NCBI GenBank assembly: GCA_951406725.2
Contig: OX597833.1
Location: 38,502,001 to 38,566,000, forward strand
Length of the DNA stretch: 64,000 nt
Origin: Octopus vulgaris
Lineage: Eukaryota
Direction of reading: 5' to 3'
This document shows, piece after piece, positions 41,501 to 56,545 of this stretch. The position numbers were made by a program, and so were the translations under genes. Positions within the stretch are counted from its first letter, which is position 1. Each line of letters opens with the position of its first letter. The notes under the pieces were generated by a model. It searched no databases. It was not told the origin of the DNA and saw nothing but the letters and a program-made list of their open reading frames with translations.

Positions 41501-44500
41501 AGTAGTGATGATAATGATAAAGAGGATGAGAACATTGTCAACAATGATGATGATGATGATATGATGATGATAAGGAACAGAATTTAGTTAATGTTACGAT
41601 GGAAAACACAACTTAGATTTAAAATTTTGATGTCATTTTTTCTCTTCAGAGATGTCTTCAGTAGAATCCTAGCCAGAATATAAGTAAAAGAACTACTTGC
41701 TTGCGTGCTTCAGCACATCTACAGGTATTTCATTCTACTTACAAACGGTTTCATTTTTAATGAATTTGTTCTGTTATAAATATTTGATTTTGGAGGGGCT
41801 TTATGAGGAAATGTCAATAAAAATCACAATCAGAGTGGATCAGGTGTCTTTATGAAGTTCCATGAACTAGAAAGGTCTTTTATTGTTTAGCCTTGGGCTA
41901 GTGTTGATGGACCAAAGGCATCTAAGCCATTATAGAGCCATATTGTTCAATTTAGCCTTGCTTTTGTGAGACAGTAGGGTGTATTTGAGGGAAATTTGAC
42001 TACTAATTTAACAGGTCCAGCAACCCTTGTTGTTTCACGAGAGGTTACCTTCTGGGATTAAGGTACCTCTCAACTTTTTATATCATAAATAACAAGTCTC
42101 CTAGAGTAGTTACAATGTGTCCTACATGACTAACAAGGGAAGGGGGTCTCTTTATCTTTTACTAGGTGTGGTTGGAGTGTTCACTATCAGCGGGTAGGCA
42201 CATAGACAAATACAGGAATACAAAGAAAACAAATGCATAATTCAATCACTGGGTTACTTCATGTGAAGGGAGATTATTGACATACACTGACTTACATTAC
42301 TACTGTAACGGTGGTCAGAGCCAGCACTGATTCATCATGGTGACATAGATAGATAAACAGATAACACAAAAGAATGAATGACTGACTGGTTGGAAGAATG
42401 GATGGATGGGTTAGTCTAAGTGGGTTTAAATTTACAAATGAGAAAAAAGTACTCCATATGATAAGTAGAGTTTCGGTATTTACACTTGACTTTTACAGTA
42501 GCCGCTTACCTAGTTTACATCTATAACATCTACCCATTTACCTAGTTCATTTTCTAAATATAGTATATCTCTACCTAATTCATGTTCACTACAACATCTA
42601 CCTACAAACCTTGCTTATTTCTATTCTACAACAACTACCCACCGACCTAGTTCACATCTGTAGGCAAACAATGTTCACCTATCTTAAAGAACCCTGTGGT
42701 TGGTCTAAACTCCAGCTAACATTTATTTCTCTTAGCATGACCCTAGCAGAAACTACGTTTCTTCATTGTGACATCAGTTTAAAAGCAGTTATATGGCTAA
42801 ATTTTCTTCTTTGCTACCAAATTTGTGTCTTTGCTTGCATGAGCCTACCATCAGTTACAAGAACAGCCTTTATCTGCCCAGGAGTCAGTTGCAGCTGATA
42901 AGTGGACAACTGCAGTGAAATAGTGGACAAGTGGTGACCACAATGTAGACAATATTTGGCAAGTTGCTATCAAGAAAACTCTGAGCTCAGAAGCTGACAT
43001 AAAAACAATGTCAAGTTATGCATGAAATACCTTTCTTTTCTAAGACAAGTTTTCTCACACATGTAATCTTATAAAAAAAATGCTTTTGCAGCTCATTTCA
43101 TTTCTTTATTATTTCATATCACTAAAATTTTCTTTAGTAACAAAATGACAGTATGATATTGTTTCTAGTAAAAGAAACTGTTTCATTTACAGTCACACAC
43201 AAAATTTTCTCTGCTTGTGAAGACCTATTGAGGCAAGTGAAATCTGAATCGAAATCAGATTCGATGACTGGCATCTGTGCTAGTGGAGTGCTAAGAGTAC
43301 CATATGAGCGTGATCGTTGCCAGAGCAACAAGCTGGCCTCCATGCCAATGGCATGTAAAAAAACACCAATCGAGTGTGATCGTTACCTGCGTCGCCTTAC
43401 TGGCACTTGTGCTGACGGCACGTAAAAAGATCCATTTGAGCATGGCCATTGCTAGTACCGCCTGACTGGCCCTCGTCCCACTACACTTTGGAGTGGTTGG
43501 CGTTAGGAAGGGCATCAAGCTGTAGAAACACTGCCAGATCAGATTGGAGTCTGGTGCAGCCATCTGGTTCGCCAGACCTCAGTCAAATCATCCAACCCAT
43601 GCTAGCATGGAAAGCGGACGTTAAATGATGATGATGATGTATACATGCAATGTTAAAAATTCAACCTAACAAAAACAAATACAATGAACACAGCTGCTTT
43701 TAGCAGGAATATTCAAGTACTTTGACCATTTTCTTTCTTTCTAGTGAAATATGAATTGTTTTGACTGTTGCTTCAAGAAAGAATAGTTCTTTGTCATTGT
43801 AATTAAAGTTGATGTGTTTATGGGTTGCTTTTTTTTCTAGCAGTGAGTCCTTGGCATCTCATTTGCCAAACTCAATATTTTTGTAACAAGAATTATTTTT
43901 CTGTTTTTGTAAATGATTTTCTGCTTGTTGAACTTGTTACACATAAATTTTTTCTCTTGTACATATTTTTTTCCAAATTTGATGACTGGCATCCGTGCTA
44001 GCGGGGTGCAAAGAGCACCATACGAGTGTGATCATTGACAGAGTGGCTAACCGGCTTCCATGCCAGTGGCACGTAAAAGGCACTATTCGAGTGTGATTGT
44101 TACCAGCGCCACCTTACTGATACTTGTGCCGGTGGCATGTGTAAAAACATTCAAGCGAGGTCGTTGCCAGTACCGACTGACTGGCCCCCAAGCCGGTGGC
44201 GCGTAAAAGCACCCACTACACTCTCGGAGTGGTTGGCATTAGGAAGGGCATCCAGCTGTAGAAACTCTTCCAGATCAAGATTGGAGACTGGTGCAGCCAA
44301 CTGGTTCGCCAGCCCTCAGTCAAATCATCCAACCTATGCTAGCATGGAAAGCAGACGTTAAACGATGATGATGATGATGAGATGACAGCTTAACGTTTTA
44401 AAGTCATTTATGTTTGTATGCTCTTATTTAAAACAACTTTTAGTGACCATTATGTGTGGACAGTCCTCCTATGTTAAACTAAATTTGACTGAATTTAGTT

Positions 44501-46449
44501 TGGGGCCAACTTTTGTCTCTGTGAATAAAAGATTAATTTGATCTATTACTTGAATTAAGGTTTCTGTTTCTCATTATTTTGTTTAAATAACATGGTTCAT
44601 GGTTCAGAATTATACCCATAATATATTGGTATAAGGCATGATTAGGACTTACCTCTGGGGTACTGTTGGTACTGGTGCTGGATCTTATTTCAAGGTAGGT
44701 TGAACGGGCTTGATTGGATGCAGCTCCAATAGCTGCAGCACCTACAAGAAAGAAGAGAAAAACCTTTTTAATACAAACCCTACAGATGCAGGCATGGCTG
44801 TGTGGTAAGTAGCTTGCTTTCCAACCACATGATTCCAGGTTCAGTCTCACTTCATGGTCCGTTGGGCAAGTGTCTTTTGCTACAGCCCATGGGCCAACAA
44901 AAACTAAAAGAAACCCATCATACACATATATGTGTGTGTGTATGTTTGCATTTCCTTGTCTTGACATCACTTGTTAGTTGTAAATTATTGTCACTGTCAT
45001 ATACAAGTGGTCTCATTCCTTTCTAATATCATCTTCCGTGGAATCAGGTGAGGGTTGGCAACTAGAAAGGCATCTGTCCATAGAAAATCTGTCTCAATAA
45101 ACTCCAACTAATCCATGCAAACACAGAAACATGGACATTAAAATGATGATGATGAGTCCTGATCAAGAAGACCTATGATTAAAAGTGTTCCAACCCTTAT
45201 CATCCTGGCCTATTTTTCAGACAAAGTGTATCTAGAACTACATTATTAAATGTCTCTTTTCTCATTTAAGACAGCAGAATATGATTTGAGGGAAAAGTGG
45301 CTATTATTACTAGCAGGTCAGTTAAGCATACAGAAGTTTCCTGGTGTTGGTGGAGGTAGTCTTAGCCTATGTGTATATGTACAGTGAGAGTGTGAGAAGA
45401 AATAAAAAAGTACACACACACACACACACACATACATACGTCGTTGTCATTATTATTTAACATCTGTTTTCCATGCTGGCATGGGTTGGATGGTTTCTCA
45501 GAAGCTGGCAAGCCAAAGAGCTACACAGGGTTCAATTGTTTGTTTTGGCACAGTTTCTATGGCTCAATGCCCTTCCTAATGCCAACTACTTTACAGAATG
45601 CACTGTGTACTTTTTATGCAGCACCAGCATGAGAGCTTTTTATGTGGCACCAGCAAAGGGTGCCACCTTATCTTGAATACCAAAATGCAAGATCTAGTCA
45701 AATACATACACATCACTAATAATGAATTTTTACTCAGACTGCCAGCAATTTGTGACACCAGTGATATATCAATCACTGTTTTTCTACATCAGTAGAAGCA
45801 AAATTTGTCTAAGCAAAGTGGAGATTTGCTGCTGATGATGAGTAAAGACACAGAAATCTGGATTTAGCAACTCCACCATTGCTGGATGCTTTTTGTCTTC
45901 TAGTGGTTCACTTCTGATTCTTGTATAAATGTATAGTGCTAAAGCACCATACATCTATACAAGAAACTTTCTCAAGATGAATGCTGCAGTCTTTGTAGCT
46001 TTCAGTTGTATATAATATATACATGTTAGCCCTTCTGCATTTAAACCGACCATATATGACCCAAGTATTCTACCTGCTTTACATTCAAAGTTGCCATATC
46101 CAGCCTCTTACACCTATCCTACATTGACACTAAAAATAAACAATCACATCACTGAAACCTCAAAGCTATGAGATAATGCTTGGTTAATTCAAAACAATAT
46201 GAATAAATAAAGCATTATATCTAACAGAGCAATCTGAACACTAAAAGGTTAAATAAGATATAAAAGAATACTATATATCTATACTACTGAAAGCTACAAA
46301 CTGTAGACATGACTGTATAGTAAGAAGCTTGCTTCCCAACCACATGGTTCCAGGATCAGTCCCACCTTGGGCAAGTATATTCTACTATAGCCTTGGCTGA
46401 CCAAAGTCTTGCGAATGGATTTAGTAGATGGAAACTGAAAGAAGCCAGT

Positions 46450-46497
<48 letters not shown>

Positions 46498-49400
46498 TAT
46501 ATATATATGTATGTATGTATATTTATGTGTCTGTATTTGTCCCCCAACCATTGCTTGACAACCGATGTTGGTGTGTTTACGTCCCCGGTTTGGCAAAAGA
46601 GGCAGCTAGAATAAGTCCTGGGGTTGACTTGTTTGACTAAAGTTGGTGCTCCAGCATGGCTGTAGTTGAATGATTGAAACAAGTAAAAGAATAAAAGAAT
46701 CAATATTTAACATCTATTTTCTATATTGACATGGGTTGGACTGCTTGACAAGACCTGGGTCTGCACAAGGTTTCATAGTCTGTTTTGGGTTGGTTTCTAT
46801 GGCTGGATGCTTTTCCTAATGCCAACAACTTTATAGAGTGTACTGGGTGTTTTTTACATAGCACTAACACCAGTGCTTTTTGTATATTTTTGGTACACAC
46901 ACACATTACATGCATACATATATATCCACCCACTATCATTCCTCATCTCCAGTTCATTTTACATCCACTGTTCATTGTTATTGTAAGTTACTTGAACTGA
47001 TAACAGGTCCCACTCCGGTTCATCAACAGGAAGGACATCTAGTTGTAAAAAGTAATTGCTTCTACAATATGAAGATTCAAACGTTCAAACTAGAAAAAAT
47101 AAACCACCACATAATGCATGTGGTAAGTAGCTTGCTTACCAGCCACATGGTTACAGGTTCAGTCCCACTGTGTGGCACCTTGGGCAAGTGTCTTCTACTA
47201 TAGCCTTGGGCCAACCAAAGCCTTGTGAGTGGATTTGGTAGATGGAAACTGAAAGAAGCCCGTCGTATATATGTGTGTGTATATGTTTGTGTGTCTGTGT
47301 TTGTCCCCACCAACATCACTTGACAACCGATGTTGGTGTGTTTACGTCCCCGTAACTTAGCGGTTCGGCAAAAGAGACTGATAGAATAAGTACTAGGCTT
47401 ACAAAGAATAAGTCCTGGGGTCAATTTGCTCAACTAAAAGACAGTGCTCCAGCATGGCCACAGTCAAATGACTGAAACAAGTAAAAGAGTAAACTGTAGT
47501 AAGAAAGGTAGTGATAATAGTATTAGAGAAGCAAGGGATTGAGACATGAAATGGCCATAGTTTAACAGCAAACTGGCAACTAATATCAAAAAAGATCTCT
47601 TCTGAGCCAATACGTAAGTAGTTTCATATAAACTACAATACTTGTAGTTTCATGATATTCTTTCCCGGAAAGAATATTCTTCTATTTCAGGTAATATCCT
47701 TCTTGCTTCTTCTCTTGTTTCTAAATTATCAAACTTTTACTTTTCCATCAACCATTAGCCCATTCTCAAGTTATAATAATAATAAAAACATTGTGTATAG
47801 TGCTCAGGTGCACTACAACTCATCTAAAGTGTATGTATAATCAGGTGTAGTTTCGGCGGATTTCGGAAAGCATGAGGGCCTTAAAGGATGCAGTGTCATG
47901 GCAGTCAACAACTGACGCAGGCAGTTTATTCCATGCTTCAGCAACTCTGAGCGTGAAAAAATGTTTCCAAAAGTCATGGGAGCTGTGTTGTTTTCTGACT
48001 TTGTAGGCATGTCCACGTGTGTTAGACACATGGAGATCAAAAAGGTGTTCAGTGTTGTTGTTGGTGAGGTGGTTGATAACTTTGTGGATGTTCACCAAGT
48101 CCATCGCCAGACGCCGGAGCTTCAGTGAATCCATGCCCAGGGAAACAAGGCGCTCAGAATATGGTAGGTATCTGATGGAGGGTATGCGTTTGGTTGCACG
48201 TCTCTGGACAGATTCCAGGAGGTCAATGTTCTGAGCAAGATAGGGATTCCAAACTGATGATGCGAATTCCAAGTGTGGTCGTACCATAGCTGTATACAGT
48301 TTTAAATAGATGGCTGGAGAGCGGCTAACAAAAGTCTTGCTGAGTGATGCCAAGACACCCTCGGCCTTCTTGACAATTTTAGAGATATGCTTTGTCCAAC
48401 GCAAATCACTGCTGACAGTGATGCCTAGGTCACGCTCGCAAGAGGATTTCTTGATATCAGTGTTGTGGAGGGAGTATGTGGACGCAGGGTTTTTCTCCCA
48501 AAATGCATGGTGGTACACTTGTCCACAGCCAGTTTCAGTTGCCAGTCTGTGATCCATTGCTGCATTGTGTCTAGGTCTGATTGCAGGAAAGAGTTGTAGA
48601 CATCAGGATCAGTCCTCTTGATTTCAAGGTACAGCTTGATGTCGTCTGCATATTTCAATACTGTGGCATTCTTTAAATTGGCATCTATGTCATTAATGTA
48701 TGCCACAAACAGGAGGGGACCAAGGACAGATCCCTGTGGTACACCCGATGACATCTCATATGGTGTAGAGTGCTGTCCTAGAACTGTGACTACCTCCTTT
48801 CGGCTGAGGATGAAGGATTTCAACCAGTTAAAAAGGTCATCCCCCACACCCATTGCAGAGAGTTTCACCATAAGCCTTTTGTGTGGCACAGAGTTGAAAG
48901 CCTTAGCAAAGTCAAGGTAGACAACATCCACCCATGAGCCACTGTCAGTGATCTGAGTAATGTCCTCAAGGAACTCGACAAGCTGGTCACTGCAGCTGGA
49001 GTTAGGGACAAATCCATATTGTGAGGGTCGGATGAGACTGTGAGAGCTCCAGAAGTTCCAGAGTGTTTCTCTGACACACGATTCCATCAGTTTTGCAATA
49101 CAGCTAGTGAGACTGACTGGGCGATAGTTGACAGGTGATGTGCGGTCACCCTTTTTGAACAGAGGAATGACACTGGCAGTTTTCCACTGCTCCGGAGTAG
49201 CACCATTGTTGAGACAGTACTGGAAGAAAATAGAAAGCTGGTGTAAAAGGAAGTGCCTGCCATGTTTGAGAAGCAGGTATGTAACTCCATCGAGACCAGG
49301 GGAGGCATAGTTGCGCTTATTTTGAAGGTGACGTCGCAGCATTGCAGGTGTAAATTCCATAGTTGTTATGGAGTTTGCTGTTTTCTGTCTCTTGTATTGC

Positions 49401-52400
49401 TACTAAATTAGCAAACCTATATTCACTCTCATTTTTTTGTACCTCTTCTTAATTGCGAGACATAATGAAGAACACAGAATAAAGTGTAGTTTTTTTTTAC
49501 CCTCCAAAAAGACAACAAAACTTCTACAGTGGGTTTGAACTCAAAGTGATCAAGTAATGATTTGTATACCATATCCATGAAGTCATTTCCTTTCTATGAA
49601 GTACAGGAGGAGACAATTGTTCAACGTAAGATTCTAGCAAGAAAATACACAACATTTTTTTGAATAAAGTCAAATATAACCATGAATGGAAATAAGTTAA
49701 CTAAAATAAGGGAAGATCATTCTGAATTTAGAATTAAAGATCAATCATAAAGGCACAATGGATGTGAGATTTGCATGCTGGACCACTAACCACATGGTCA
49801 AGAATTCAAAACATGCAGCAGCTATTTTGTTTTACCTTGAGGCAAGGCACAAAATTGTTCTTAGTTCAGACTTTGTGACTGATAAACAGGTTATATCTTA
49901 ACTTCACAGATGGATAACTGAGTAGTTAATAATAGGAAAAACATGGCTGACTTGTTAATTATAAGAAGGACAATGAACTGTAATACTGTACAAATTTAGA
50001 AAAAAATAATTTTAAAATCTGACTTGAGCAGCCATGAAAAAAGAAAGTTGAAAAATTATTAATAAAAAATATCCTTTTGTTAACACTAGAGTTTATGTTA
50101 ATGGTGATGATGATGATAATGATGATGATGATGGTGGTGGTGATAAGGGTAATGATGATGGTGATGGTAAGAGGAGAAGAGTATTATCTCTTTCACAAAT
50201 CTTCAGAACTTAAACATAATACCATCAATGATGATAATGGGTATTACAGATGATATGACTATAATGATAAAGATGACTAAGATTGTGGAAAAGATGATCA
50301 CAATAGTAATAAGAGTGACAGTAGTGACCATAATAATAATGATAATGATGATTATAGGGGTTTGTAGTGATTATGATAATAGTGATGATTAATTTGAATA
50401 GGGAGCAAAAATAAAATGATTTATGCTCGTGAGTTTTCTTCCAAGCAGAGATATTTTAATTTGAAGACTCAGAAGCAAAAGAGAGCAAAATTTACCTGTT
50501 AAAGGTGAACTTTCTGGTTTTTCCTTTTGTCGAGCAAAGAGGCTTCCAACTTTTAAATCTTTTTTATCCTCCTCATCTTGGCGGAAAAAGAAGGCACCAA
50601 TTTTCTTTGGATTATTCTATAATATTGAACAATAAATTAATAATGATGATGATGATGATGGCATTATCTATTCTCTTGTACAAGAGTGTAAAAATTACAT
50701 ACTGAGCAGAGAATACAAAAAAACTCTAAGTACCGTGATGGAAAATCTATCAGCAGGTAGTAATGAAATGGTTATGAACATTTGATAAACTAGTATCACC
50801 ACTGAACTATGCAAGCAGGCATCACTCTTTGTCAATCTCAAATGGGAACATCACATCTTGTGACTCAATCTTCAGTTCAGTCTTAATTGAAGAAAGTTAC
50901 TGAAGAGGTAGACAGAAAAATAGGTCCTGAAGCCTACTTGCAAAGAAGTAAAAAAATCTGACATGGTATGTTGACATGTTATGGGAAAAAGAAATAGCTA
51001 AAATTTCACATCATATTTACTATAAAAGTGTGTGATTGGATCTAAATTGTCTTAAAAACTTATAATTGCATGAATAACACGTTGTTGCATAAGCTAAGAG
51101 TAGATTATCTGCAATAATCCAGTGTCTAAGTCTTTTTATATGTCATTTTAAATAAACTAAATTGAAATAATAGAAATAATCTGAAAAAATGATTAAAGCT
51201 TAGATTCTGGGGATTTTTGTCTTAATAAATGTGGGTAAGCAAAAACTTTAAATCTATGTGTTACATACACCCTTAATTTTAATTTTCATGAAAAATAATG
51301 CATAGCCTCTACCTGGGACGTAGCCTGCCCACTTATGCATACCTTTCCTTCTTGTGACACAAACCCTACTTGTGAAGACCTGTTGAGGCAAGTGAAAATC
51401 AAAATCGAAATCGATCAACATCAATGGAAATTGTAGCTGTGATACCAGTGCCGGTGGCATATAAGAGAACCATCCGAACGTGGCCGTTGCCAGCGCCGCC
51501 CCGACAGGCCTCCGTGCCGGTGGCACGTAAAAAGCACCATCTGATCGTGGCCGTTTGCCAGCCTCGTCTGGCACCTGTGCAGGTGGCACGTAAAAAGCAC
51601 CCACTACACTCACGGAGTGGTTGGCGTTAGGAAGGGCATCCAGCTGTAGAAACACTGCCAGATCAGACTGGGCCTGGTGCAGCCTACTGGCTCCCCAGAC
51701 CCCAGTTGAACCGTCCAACCCATGCTAGCATGGAAAACGGACATTAAACGATGATGATGATATAGATGGAATTTGATGGTCCCTATTTCATATTTTGCTC
51801 TCCAGAGAACTCTCTGGAATGACTACATAACAGACTGGACTAGTAAATATCTTGACAACTTTCAATAAAGAGTGACTGTTTCTGATAATTAGGGAAAAAT
51901 CTACCAATTCAGCTGGTTAAAGACTGGACGAATGAAAAATATACTTTATCTTGATACTCATAAAATACTTCTATTATGCAACTTAGTCCAACTTACTGAT
52001 CTAGTCAATAAAAGGGTTTATATAGAGTACCAAAATTCAAAAATGGCAAAGTACCTCACTTGATTGTACAGTGCATGTGCATAAACTATTACAAAGGAAA
52101 AGCTTTAAGCAACCTTGAAATAAATCAATTTAACTATGCTTTTTGTGTTCACATTGTTAACTTATGTGTACACTACATGTTATAAGCCTGTTTCAGCTAT
52201 TTACTAACAAAATGGTTCATTTCATATACTTAAATAAAAACAATAAGACATGAAACCAATTTTTCATTTATACAAACTGGTCACTCTACGTAGTTTCAAA
52301 TCAAGTTCCGAAGAAAAGCTACATGCTGATGTAACTGGGTTCCTTACCCAATTTCCTCCTCAAGCTATCCCCACCACACACCATTTATCTATCACTGACC

Positions 52401-53627
52401 CCTCCATCACCCACCCTAACTGCTGTAATTTAATGTGAGCAGAAGTGCATATTTCATCATCTTTTTCTCTGATACTGGTGCCTAAGACCATTTCACTTGC
52501 TATTCATCATTCATTCTTTACACTGTTCCTCTTCACTCACATTTTCCATTGATTGCCCTTCTATGCCATCAAACTTCCTTCTTCACCACCATACATCTCT
52601 CACTGTTGCCATGAACTAATCTACCTTTCCCCACACACATTCTCACAGCCTACTTATTTTATCAGTCTCTTTTGTCATACCACTAAGTTATGGGGACATA
52701 ACATCAAACATCAGTTGTCAAGTGATGGTGGGGGGACAAACACAGACACACAAACACACACGACAAGCTACTTTCAGTTTCCATCTACTAAATCCACTCA
52801 CAAGACTTAGGTTGGCCCAAGGCTATGATAGAAGACACTTGCCCAAGGTGACATGTAGTGGAGCTGAACCTGGAACATTGTGATTGGGAAGCAAGCTTCT
52901 TACCACACAGCCACTCCTGCACCTATATATATATATATTTTATGTACATATACTTACTAAATCATCCTCTTCATTGTCCACTGTGCTTACAGTAGCACGT
53001 GATCGGTTTTCTGAAGATGGGGGAGAATGAAATTTTATAAATGATAAGCCATAATTGGTAGTCTGAAATTTAATGAGTAGAAAAAAAATAAACATTAAAC
53101 ATGATGATGATGATGATTGCTTCTAACATGGGCACAATGCTTCAAGTTGCAGTGGAGAGGGACAACCAATTACATCTTACATCAACCCTAGTACTTCACC
53201 AATACTTTATTTTATCAACCCTGAAAAGATGGAAGGTGAAACTGATCTCAGCAGGATTTGAACTCAAAATGTAGTGTCCAAAGAAATACCACAAAGCATT
53301 TTGTCTGATTCTCTACTGACTGCCAATCCATATAGCAGTTTCTAACACAGGCACAGAGTTAGAAATTTAGAAGGGTGTTAGGTGATCAAATCAACTCTGG
53401 TACTTGATTTGTACTTTATTTTGTTGATATCAGAGAGATGAATGGCAAAGTTGACCTCAGTAGAAGCTAAGATTGTAAAGGGGTCTAACTAAATACCTCA
53501 AGGCACTTTATCCAATGCTCTACTGATTATGCCAACCAATAATAATAATAATAATCAAGACAAAGACTGTTTACCTTTGTGAAGAGTTACGTCAATCCTT
53601 TTTAAAATATAATAATAATAATAATAA

Positions 53628-53692
<65 letters not shown>

Positions 53693-55833
53693 ATAATGAT
53701 AATAATTCTTTCTACTAAAGGTACAAGGCCTGAAATTTTGGAGGAGGGAGATATTTGATTACATCAATCTGAGTGTTCAACTGGTGCTTATTTCATCGAT
53801 CCCAAACGGATGAAAGGCAAAGTTAACGTTGGCAGAATTTGAACTCAGAATGTAAGGACAGATGCAGGGGAGCAGTATATTTGATTAAACTATCACCAGA
53901 TAAGGGATATTCATGTTACTGATTTCCACCTATCCAACAGAGATGAAAAGCAAAGTTAACTTCTGCCTGGACAAACTCTGAAAACAGGTGGATACAGCAA
54001 AATTAAATACTGTTAGACAAAAGGTGGAGGAGCTTTTTGTGCAGGAAGGCCTCACTGAAGTTATCAGCCATCTGACAAGACGATATTTCAAAAAACTTTT
54101 CACACTGCTAAACCTATTATTTTATAAAATATAATTATTCATAAAATCATCCAACAAAATGTTAAAAAAAAAGGCAGCATTTTGAAGTAAATACAACCAT
54201 TATAACTTTTTGTATTTTTTTCTTTCCTTTATTTTTTTTTAAAACAATTGCATTGGATTTCTATGTTTTAATCCTTTAACATTGAGATTACTCCATCAAG
54301 TGTAATGCTTATTTACTCACATTGCTTTGAATTAACCATGAATTATCATCAGCTTCAAGATTTCAATGATGTGATTGTTTATCTTTAGAATGACGTTGCT
54401 GAATAACAATTGTGAAGGTGCATGGCTAAGTGGTTAGGGTATTCAGCTCATGATTGTAAGGTCATGAGTTCAATTCCTGGTGGTGCAATGTGTCCTTGAG
54501 CAAGACACTTTATTTCATGTTGTTCCAGTCCACTCAGCTGGAAAAAAATTATCTGTACCTGCAATTCAAAGGGCCAGCCTGGTCACATTCTGTGTCATAC
54601 TGAATCTCGCTGAGAACTACATTAAGATTACACAGGACCATGAAGTGCTCAGTCACTTGGATGTTTATTTCACAAGTAGGCTGTTCCATTGAACAAATCA
54701 ATTGGAGTGCTTGTTGTAACTGAAGGAATGCCAGTTAGTGACATTATAGAGTAAATGTGAGAGGTTGGATCTGGGTAATTTGAATGTAAAATATAGGGAC
54801 AATAACTGAGCCAGATATGGTCGGTTTAAATGCTGAAAGGATTAGAAATAATTGTAATTACATTAAATTGGTAATTACAGCTGTAGGTAAAGAAATTTAA
54901 TAGGTATTTATAAATCACATTTAGTGGAAAAGTGACAGGCTTGAAATAAAATCAAATCAACAAGAATATTCTAGTATAATAATTTTTCCAGAAATGTCAT
55001 ACTTCTTCCAGAGGGCTTCATTTAACCATAAAGCAACAGCCATGCCACCACCACAACCACCCTGCCAACACTCACACACCTGTATGTTAGGCATTCCCAT
55101 TATAATATTTCTTATTCCTGTCACTTCACTGCTAAACATAGGTACATCATTATCATCGTTTAACATCCATTTTCCATGCTGGCATGGGTTGGATGGTTTG
55201 ACAGGAGCTGTCCAGGCTACGATTATCTGTTTTGGAATGGTTTCTATGGCTGGATGCCCTTCCTAATGCCAATCATTTTACAGAGTGTGCTGGGTGCCGT
55301 CTACATGCTACAAGCACAGGCGCAACTACATAGCACTGGCACAAGTGCATCTTATGTTGCACTGGCGTTAGTGCATTTTACAGAGTTAAATAAAAGGTTG
55401 TGATATTGTCATGTGTAACAGAACTAACAGAAAGTGTATTGAAGACCAATTGTTGGTTAGAATTTACCTTATCTCAAGACATCTTTTTACATGGTAAAAA
55501 ATGGTTGATTTTTTCTTTGAGATGACATTAGTAATAAGAACAATGGCAACAATAACAAATCAACATCCAAAATAGACCTAGAAGTAGTTTTCTAAAATTT
55601 AAAAGACATTTATTAAGCTATTTTAGAATCACTAGTTTTTCTGTTTTTTCCACTTTTTACATCTAGATTCCTGCTCTGGCTATTTCTTCTTTTTGCTGTA
55701 CTTTCTAACCTTGTGTCTGAGAAGTAAGAACTATTGCCCATATTCTGTGAAGTTTGGATGTCTAATGCAATAGAAAAGAAGTCAGAGAGAGTGGAATTAA
55801 GATAGCCAGTGTGAAACTTGAGAGTTTGTGTGC

Positions 55834-55869
<36 letters not shown>

Positions 55870-56491
55870 ATGCTGGTTCTTAGAATATGCATGCCATATC
55901 ATTGTGTGTCATGAGAGGCAATCATCAGAGTTAGAGTCTGGAAGAGTATGTAACAGGAAAATATTGTCTTAAAAGCCTTGAAAAGTAGATATAAAAGTAT
56001 GATAATACTGATGATGGTGTTTGCATGTGACTGTGTGTGTGTGTGTGTATATATACACACACACACACACAAACACACATCTATCTAGAAGTGCATATGT
56101 ACTTATACATTTGTTGCTTAGTTTTGTGAACAATCATCTACTCATAACAAGCTATACAGTATTACATACATTCTGTTTTATTATTGGTGAATGCTAATGT
56201 TTAATTATGACCTTTTCTCTGTGTTTTACATGAGATGTCACAAAAAAACCCAACACCCTCACCTTCCCAAACAACTAAATAATAACCATGATAAAACAAT
56301 ACTCAATCTAAATAAAAACACACATTGTGTGTGTGTGTGTGTGGGAAAGCATGTTCAAAGAAGAGAGAAAAAGGTGGATAAAGTGAGTATTTACATATGT
56401 TTATAATAGGAACAGTAATAAACTAATAAAGTTAGAGAATGAATGAATGGAGGTTATCTATCTATCTGTCTAAACACACAAACAATGGAGA

Positions 56492-56545
<54 letters not shown>

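Noticed and set aside
47841-49360. Domesticated or host reverse transcriptase gene
   Set aside because: 5'-truncated (no APE endonuclease), frameshifted, with a tail and near-identical sibling copies: an ordinary LINE insertion
50100-50390. C/D-box snoRNA candidates (many ATGATGA)
   Set aside because: Generated by degenerate (GAT)n triplet repeats; no terminal stem or guide evidence
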